A stretch of 64,000 nucleotides of DNA. Origin: a virus. Shown one piece after another: positions 26,001-35,000 of this stretch. The DNA is taken from IMG/VR virus record IMGVR_UViG_3300045988_060114. One strand, 5' to 3'. Numbering within the stretch: position 1 is the first letter of the stretch; every line of letters begins with the position of its first letter. The translations under genes were made by a program, and so were the position numbers. A model generated the notes under the pieces. It was given only the letters and a program-made list of their open reading frames with translations, was not told the origin of the DNA and did no database searches.

Positions 26001-29000
26001 GGCTACGTTACTTCATCGGAAGAGATAGGAAAAAGCTATGCTAATCTTTCAAGAGATTATGGCAGCAGAAACATATATAAGGGCGATATTCCGTTGACCA
26101 AGTTGGAAAAGGCTGCTTTGAGTTCATTCATTGAGAACAACAAGAATCATGAAGGGACATTCAAGGAAGGTGTTGCTGGTTCTATCGAGCGACAAAAGGC
26201 ATTGATTGCTAAGCATCCGAACAATCCTCTTTCTAATAGTATCAAGAAGAGAATTGAAGTATTGGAGGGTGCTATGCCTAAACTGGATAGTATCTCTTGG
26301 GATGATTTCGTTCCAAGTGGAAAGAACCTCTATGAGGTAGATATTCCTGAGGATAATGGCAGTAACTATCTGGAATGGGAGAAGAAACCATCTGATGAGG
26401 TTGCAACAAAGATAATTGAAGGTCTTTATGGCTTGGATGCTAAGACCCTTGATGATATGGCATCAAAGGATATTGTGTTCAGAACTCTGTTGTATGATTA
26501 CATCAAGAATGCAGACAAGGAGCAGATGATTCCACTCCTTGTGAAGACTCATGCTCTAACTAGGGAAACTACCTATGACAATGGAAATGTTGAGGATGAT
26601 ATACGATTTGTGTACAATCGTTTATCTAGATGGATGGGCAGTCAAAAGGCTGCAAGCCAGTTCCTATCTTCTCTTGGTTTTACTGGCATCAAGTACCCTG
26701 CTGGAACAATCATGGGCGGTGTTGAAGGAGACGAAATCAACTATGTTATCTTCAAACCTGAGGATATGAAGATTACAGAACATACCAAGTTCTCCATCAA
26801 GACCTATCATGGCTCCCAAGCATCATTTGACAAGTTCGACCACTCCTTTATGGGTAGCGGTGAAGGTGCTCAGGCTTACGGCTGGGGTACTTATGTGAGC
26901 GAAGTGGAAGGTATCGCCAAGGCTTATGCCAAGGCAAATGCAAAAAAGAATGCGCCTTCAAGACTGATGTATCAAGGTAAGCCTATGACGTATAAAACTC
27001 CATCAATTATCTATCAAGTTGCCCTTGATATGGATAAGTTTAATATTTCCGCAAAAGAGGCTATATCAAAGATGATAGATGCTGATGAGAAGAAACTTGC
27101 ATCCGTTGGCGACACCCCATTTGCGAAGATGAAAGCCAAACAAGTTCAAGATGAGTTGAAAGTTTTGAAAGATTTGAATCCTTCTGACTTCAAGATTAAT
27201 GAGGACTATGATACTGTCGCACAGGATTTGATAGATACAAAGTCTGGTCTTGATTTATTGGAGGATGAGTTGAAAGATGCAAAATCCTATGTAGATTTGT
27301 ACCAATCAAGACTTGATGAGGCTAAGGAAGAACTTTCAAAGGCAAAGGAAAGTGGCACTGGTTTAGGTGTTGATATGTATGAATCTGATGTTGAGTATTA
27401 TAGCGAACAGGTTAAAAGATATAAGCAGAGTATAAAAACTAAGGAAAGTGACATCAAAGATGTAAAAACTAAGGTTGACGCTTTGCAGAAGAAGTTGGAT
27501 TCCATGGAGAAACCACGCAACCTCTACTCTGTTGATATTCCTGATGATACTGGTCGCAACTACATCGGCTGGGATGAGCCTTTAGGTGCTGCTAAGATTA
27601 TGCGTCTGCCAAAGGTATTCAAGGCTGATGGCTGGGAGTACAAGAAGGTTGGTATGTATGATACTTACAAGATTGATGGTAACGAACATGAGGTTTGGCT
27701 TGAACCAACTTTGACTACTGGCAAGGAACTTTATAGAGATTTGACGAATGCCCTAGGTAGCGACAAGGCTGCAAGCGAATTTCTCTCCAAGGCTGGCTTT
27801 GTCGGTGTGAAGGTTATCGCTCAGCGTAATACTGGCGGCAACAAGGAAGGCAAGATGAACTATGTTATCTTTGATGAGAACAATGCTCAGATTACCAGTC
27901 ATACCAAGTTCTCGTTGAAGAAAGATGGCTTGACTCCTGAGATAGCAAATACTCCTGTAAATATTGTTGATGCTGATGAGGAACATGGCTTTAAGAACTA
28001 TGCTGAGGCAAGAGAATGGGCTAAGAAGAATATTGTTAGAACTTACAATGATGAAGAAACTGGTGGCAAGGGTGAGATTAATATCAGTAATACTGCTGTT
28101 GGTAAGTATTTGTCTGAAAAGGCAGTTAAGAAGAGTGCAAACAAAGATGTACACATGAGCGTTTTGAAGGTCTTGCCTTCTATACTTCGTGAGAGTGTAG
28201 ATGCTATTCAGCATGTTGACCGTAACAAGGTAGGAAATGAACGTAGTGAGGATTTTGGTGTCAATCCTGATGTTATGATACATCGTTGTTATGGTGCGGT
28301 GAATATAGGCGATAAGGTCTATGGTGTAAAGATTACTTTGAAAGAGAATGTAAGAACACACGAAAAAACAAAGCTATATAGCTATGAAGCAACAAAAATA
28401 GAGCTGCTGGACGGTCAAAGTGGAGACGTAGCTATGACCTCTCCCCGCAATTCCAACAACTCTATTACGGTTGCAAAGATAATAAAAGGTTTTGAAACTA
28501 CCAAGAAAAATGGCGAAAAGTTTTCATTGAAGGATGAAAAAACTCTTGCAGGAGTGCATAACATTACTGAGGAGAAACTGAGAAAGGCTTTGAAGCTGGG
28601 TGGATTTGCCAATCCTTCTTTGGCTGTGATTGATACCAACAAGACTGCTCACGACAACTTTGGAGAGATTTCCTTCATCGCTCCTTCTGCCCTTTTGGAT
28701 AAGCGTACTGGCAATACTGGCGGTACTTGGATAACTGATGCCTACACTCAACGTTATCCTTCCGTAGAGCGAGAAATGAGTGAAAAAGGGTATCGGAAGT
28801 TTGAAGACTGGGTTGATAGCCTTGATTACCCAAGTGTAGCTAAGGCTGAGATTGAGAGACAGGCAAAGGATGCCCTGAGCGACAATAATGCTCCTGCTTG
28901 GGAGTTGATGTACTTGAAGGAAAAGGGTATTGATATTAAGGAGTATGATTCTAGAATTGATTATCGCTGGAAAGAGATTATCAGTGACCATCCTACTGCT

Positions 29001-32000
29001 GAGGATATTCTGAATAGTATGAAGACTGACCCTGAACTGAATAAAAAGGTTACAAGTCTGGCTAAGCATGCCATCATCCATCCTACTTGGGAAAAGGTTT
29101 CTTTGGAGGTAAGAAGAAAGATGTATAAGGAGACTGGCGTTAAGGCTAGCCCTATCAATCCACAAGTAAGAAAACAGACTAAGGAAATCTTTGAGCGTGA
29201 CTATGCGCCAACCTTGCTTAACAAGGACGGCAGTCCAAGAAAAAAAGATGTGAAGAAGGTTGTTGGGGATATTGTGAAGGAGCACAACGATACCAAGAAG
29301 TATAACTTCTATCTGTCTAAGGTGAAGGCTAGTAATTACGTCAACAAGAATGGTCTTTATGATGATTACATCAGATGGCAGGAGAACAAACTGGATGAGT
29401 TCGGAACGAAGAACCGTATCTTCCGTGGCTATACTAAGGATGGTTCCCGAAAGTATGTGCCTGAGACTCTTGAAAATGTTTCAAAGGCTATGAGGGAAGA
29501 AGCAGATGGGCAGACCAATGGAAGTGAATATACCTCGTTTGGTAGCTTTATCGCAAAGTTGGCTAGTCGTGTTGATTCTACAGACGAAATGCGTGCCAAC
29601 AAGGATAAGTTGTCTTCTAATAAGGATAAGGAAGAGTTTTACGAGAAATGGAATGGGGTTTATTATGACCTTGCCAAGTTCTTGTATAATGATGTGTTTT
29701 ATGGCGAGCAGAGACTTCACGATATTGTATTGCAGTCTGACCCTAAGAAGTATGCCAAGAAAGAATATGGCATTACCCTTACTCCTACCTTTATGAAGAA
29801 ACTGGATGCCTTGAAGAATGCAGTACAGACAGAGTTGAAGAGTGCGTACTTTGAGACTAAGTACAACAGACCTCTACGCCTTAATGAGTTTGCTGCTGCT
29901 GTGGTTCCTGATAACTTGGGCGAAGATGTGCGCAAGGGTATAGAGAATGCTGGCTTACCAATGTATGACTACGACCCGAATAAGGAAGGTGACCGCAGTC
30001 GTGCCTTCAATGAAGCTATAAATAGCAGCGACAATATCCGATTCTCTCTTGCTGGCGAGCGTGGTGCGGCTGCTGCTGACAAGGCAGAGGAGCGTACTGC
30101 TCGTATGGATAATCTCTCTGTGGCTCGCAAGATGGAAGAGGAGAAGAAGGATGCCAAGGCAATCAAGATGGCTACTGGTTGGGAGCGTGGTGCTGATGGC
30201 AAGTGGAGATACGAAATGCCTGATGCCAAGATAAAGGACACGATGGACGTAGGCGGTGGGCACATCGTTAAGCGTTACGAGGATGATATGCTCTGGAATG
30301 GTGGTAAACTATCTAATGTGATTGATGCACCTGAATTATTTAAGGCTTATCCCCAGTTGAAAGATGTGCGTATTGATACGGATGCCATTATGAACGATAT
30401 GCCTTCAAATGGTGAATATAATTCAAAGACCAACACCATTACCATTCATGCTGATGAGTTGAAATATATGAATGGCATATTGAATCACGAGATTCAGCAC
30501 GTTATTCAGGATATTGAAGGCTTTGCCAAGGGCGGTAGTCCTAGATTGGTTAGAGGTGAGGTCAAGAAGAGGTTTGATGAGGTCACCAAACAGATTAAGC
30601 AGCTACGTGCAGAAGGTAAGGAAGATGAAGCAAAGACTCTGATTGAGAAGAACAGAGGTCTTTATAATGCTTATCAGAAGAATGATGATTTCAATAGTTA
30701 CAAGTCTCTTGCTGGCGAGGTGGAAGCTCGTAACGTATCTGCCCGATTGAACATGACTCCTGAGGAGAGAAGAAAGACTCTCGCTGAATCTACTGAGGAC
30801 GTGGCTCGTAAAGACCAGATTTTCTTGGGCGTGGGCGATGTGTCCTTCTCTCTACGTGATATGGCTGACGGAAAGGAGAGTGGGGCGGCTGATATGGCTG
30901 AGGATTTGAAGAGTCTGAACACTCCTGATGAGGTGGATGATGCTATCAAGACTGCCATTGATGATATGCCGAGCGGTTGGCAGATGGCTAACAAGAAGAT
31001 GATTCATATTGCTCAGGCTCTGGGCGAGAACCGCAAGGCAGAGATTTCTGGCGAGGAACCTAAGTTCTCCCTGAAGGCTGGCACTCTCATTAAGGCTGGA
31101 ACCTACTTTAGTGGTGGCGGTCTTGTTGAGGAAGGCTTGAAGGGTATCATCGACCCAGTGGTGGCAGTGGAGTATGACGAGAAGATAAGCGGTGTATATC
31201 GCAACAACTTCGGGCAGCACATTGTTACTGCTGATGTTCGTGATGTAGACCCTAAGGAGTTGGTGAAGCAGATAGATGGTGAGGTGGAGTACTTCCATGC
31301 CAGCCCAGTCTGCAAGAACTACTCTCAGGCAAAGAGTAACCACGCAGAGGTGGAACTTGACAAGGAGACTGCTGCTAGTACTGCCGAGTTTATCAATGCC
31401 GTTAAGCCAAAGGTGGTGACTATTGAGAACGTGAAGGGGTATAAGGATTCGGAAGCGATGAAGACTATTACCGATGCTCTGGATGCCAACGGCTATACTT
31501 GGGATGCAGATGTGTATAACGCTGCTGACTATGGCGGCTACACAAACCGAGAGAGATTGATTGTCCGTGCGGTTCGTGATGGCAAACTTCCTGCCAAGCC
31601 AAAGAAGATGGCACGCAAGAGTGGATGGTATGAAGCTGTGGCTGATATTATCCCGACCCTGACCGAGAAGAAGAATGGCGTGGCTCCTTGGATGGATATT
31701 CGCTTGAAGGCTGATGGCATTGACTGGAGAAACATTGACAAGCCATTATATGTGATGGGTAGTGCCTATGCTGACGGAAAGATTCCTCATGCCTTCGCTG
31801 ACGAACTGCTGCCAACACTCCGAACCAAGAGCGGTGATGTAATTGTGATGCCTGATGGTAAGGTATATCGTGCCATGGGCAGAGTGCTCGCTAGAGTATC
31901 AGGAGTGAGCGATGATTACAAGATGCCATTCTCCGAGAATCTGAGCCATACCATCATCGGCAACGGAATACCTACCCAGTTGACCGAGCATGTTATTGCT

Positions 32001-35000
32001 CCTCTGCTTACTGGCTCTGACCCTAAGTTTAGCATCCGTACCTATCATGGTACTGGTGCTAGCTTCGACAAGTTCGATTTTAGCCACATGGGTGAAGGCG
32101 AAGGTTCACAAGCATTTGGCTGGGGTGGTTATGTTACTAACTCTAAGGAAATTGCTGAGGACTACACAAGACGTGCCAAAATGAGAAAAAATAATGGCGG
32201 CTTTGAATTTGTGACAGATTTGTCTGACAGCAACAAAGATATGGTAAGACACTATATCTATAAATATAAAGATGTAGATAAGGGATTGGATGCTATGAGA
32301 AAAGACCTTTCTTCTGCTCTAGAAATGTTCCCTGATGATGATAATTTGAAGGAACTTAGCGATATTCTTGCAAAGAAGAATGAGGAAATAGCTGTTCCTG
32401 ATGATATTGCTTATCTTTACGATGTGGATATTCCTGATGATAATGGAGATTATCTTGACTGGGAGAATAAATTGAAAAAATCTCATTTGAACAAGGTAAA
32501 TAAGGAGTTGGTTAGAATTGGCAAGGAACCTATTGAGGCCATTTATCCAAGTCGTGTTGATGGTAAGGTAAGAGGTCAAGACCTATACGATGAACTTTCC
32601 TCTATGCTTGGTTCTAAAGAAGCAGCTAGTAAGTTGTTAAGTGATGCTGGCTTTGTTGGTATTAAATACCCTGCTGGAACCATCTTTGGAGGTGCAAAGA
32701 AAGATGATTACAACTACGTGATATTCGATGAGAACAATGCCAATATCGTGGGTAATACCAGATTCTCCTTGCGCTATGACCAGTTTGAGCATGACCTGAA
32801 CCAGTGGAAGAAGGATAACAACCTGCCAAAGGATGCACAGCGACCAACCATCCCACAACGCAACGCTGGTGAGAGTGCCGTTGACTTCCTGAAGAGAGTG
32901 GACGAGTATCGCAAACAGATGGCTCTGTGGAAGACTGCTCCAACCTACGAGCAGCATCTTTTGAGTGATGATACTGCCCTTGGAGAGTTTAACCGAGAGT
33001 TGCAGCGTGGTTCTGTACTCAAACGTATCGCCTTCCAAGATAGTATGCTGGCTATCCGCAAGGCTCAGGAAGCTATCATGAAGGAAGTGGGTGTTGACCG
33101 CCTGAATATGGCTGAGGATGCCTATACTGCCGAGAACAGAAGTCACGGCAAAGGAAAGAACGAGTTTGAGGAGTACAACAATGAGTTCTTGCAGCCATTG
33201 AGAAAGGCTTATCATCAGATGAAGAAGATACTGGGTGACAGCTATGATAATGTCCGTATCTACATGATGGCTAAGCATGGCTTGGAGCGTGATGCTCAGA
33301 TGGCTTTCAAGAAGTCACTGGATGCAGACTTTGAGGACGTGGCTCAGAGAAGTGCGGCATACAGGGCTTACAAGGGCGATATGAACCGTATTACCAATGA
33401 TAGCGATTTGGAGTTTGGCAGAGTGGATTTCAATACTTGGAGACAGAGAGATAACGCACTTAGAACGAAATACTCTCCTTCCTATATGGACTATCGCTAT
33501 GATGAGAATGGTATCGCCTACGATTACTCAGGCTTATCGGCTCTCTTCGGTGGCTCAGACTTTGAGGAAGCTGCCCACAAACTGGTAAGGGATATTGAGA
33601 GTAGTCATGTAGCTGAGGTGCAAGACCTCTGGAATGCTACGAATGCGGCTACAAAGAAGATTCTCCGTGATGGCTATAAGGCTGGCATGATGAGCAAAGA
33701 TACTTATCTGTATGTGCGTGATATGTATAGCCATTATATTCCTCTCCGTGGATGGGATGGCACTACTGCCGACCAAGTATGGGACTATGTAGGTGGTGGC
33801 AAGGGTGCGTTCAATCAGACATTGAAGACCGCACACGGACGTACCTCTATAGCTGATGACCCTATCGCTTACATCGAGAATATGGCAGAGAGTGGAATCC
33901 TGCTGAACAACAAGAACTGGGTGAAGCAACACCTGATGCTCTTGGCTCAGAATCATCCAACCTCTCTTCTCACCCTGAGCAAGGCTTGGTACGTGAAGAG
34001 TACGGATGCCAACGGCAACGAGGAGTGGATTCCTGCTACACCTCAGATTACTTCTCAGATGAATAGCAATCAGGTGAAGGCTACCATTGATGCTTTCGAG
34101 CAGAAGATGGAGAATATGGCTCAGACTGGCGATGCTACCCAGCAGCGAGAAGGCTTGAACATAGCCTATCCTCAGACTCATAGCGAGGAGAGAGAACATG
34201 AGGTAAGAGTGATGAAGGATGGCGAGGAGTATGTTATCTATGTGAATGGTGACCCGCAGTTGGCTCAGGCGATGAACAATACTAGAGCACACCGAGTGAG
34301 AGAGATTCAGAGCGGCAAACTGGATAGGGCTGCTGCTTGGTTGGGCAGAAAGATGGCTGCTGCCTATACCAGTCTTTCACCTCTCTTCATTCCTTCCAAC
34401 TACTTCCGAGACCTGACCATGACGCTGGCATCTACCGCTATTCGTGAGGATGGCAGATACAACTATCTGCTAAGAAAGAATCTTGCTACCTCTTGGAATC
34501 TCGGTTTCATGCTGAGAGACTATCAGAACGGCAAGTTGAGAGATAAGGTAAACAACGGAAACGCTACTCCAAAGGAACAGATGTTCTATGACTTCATGAT
34601 GAATGGTGGCGAAACTGGCTTTGTCTCTTCGCTTGATGTGGAAGACTTGAAGAAGAAATTCAAGAATGACTTGAAGGATTTGGATAGATGGAAGGCGAAC
34701 CCAGTAAAGGTAGGGCACACCATCATGGATAGTATCGAGTTCCTGAACAGAATGATTGAGGATAGTAACCGATTTGCGGTTTACATGACCTCTATTCAGT
34801 ATGGACGTTCTATTGATGAGGCTGTGAATGATGCCAAGGACGTAACATTGAACTTCAACCGCAAGGGTACTGGCGAATATGGCTGGCAGATGATTAGAAA
34901 CCTCTATCTCTTCATCAACCCAGCAGTACAGAGTTTACAGACATTGGGTGCGCTTGCCAAACATCATCCGTTCAAGTTCACGGCTGTTACTGCATCGTGG

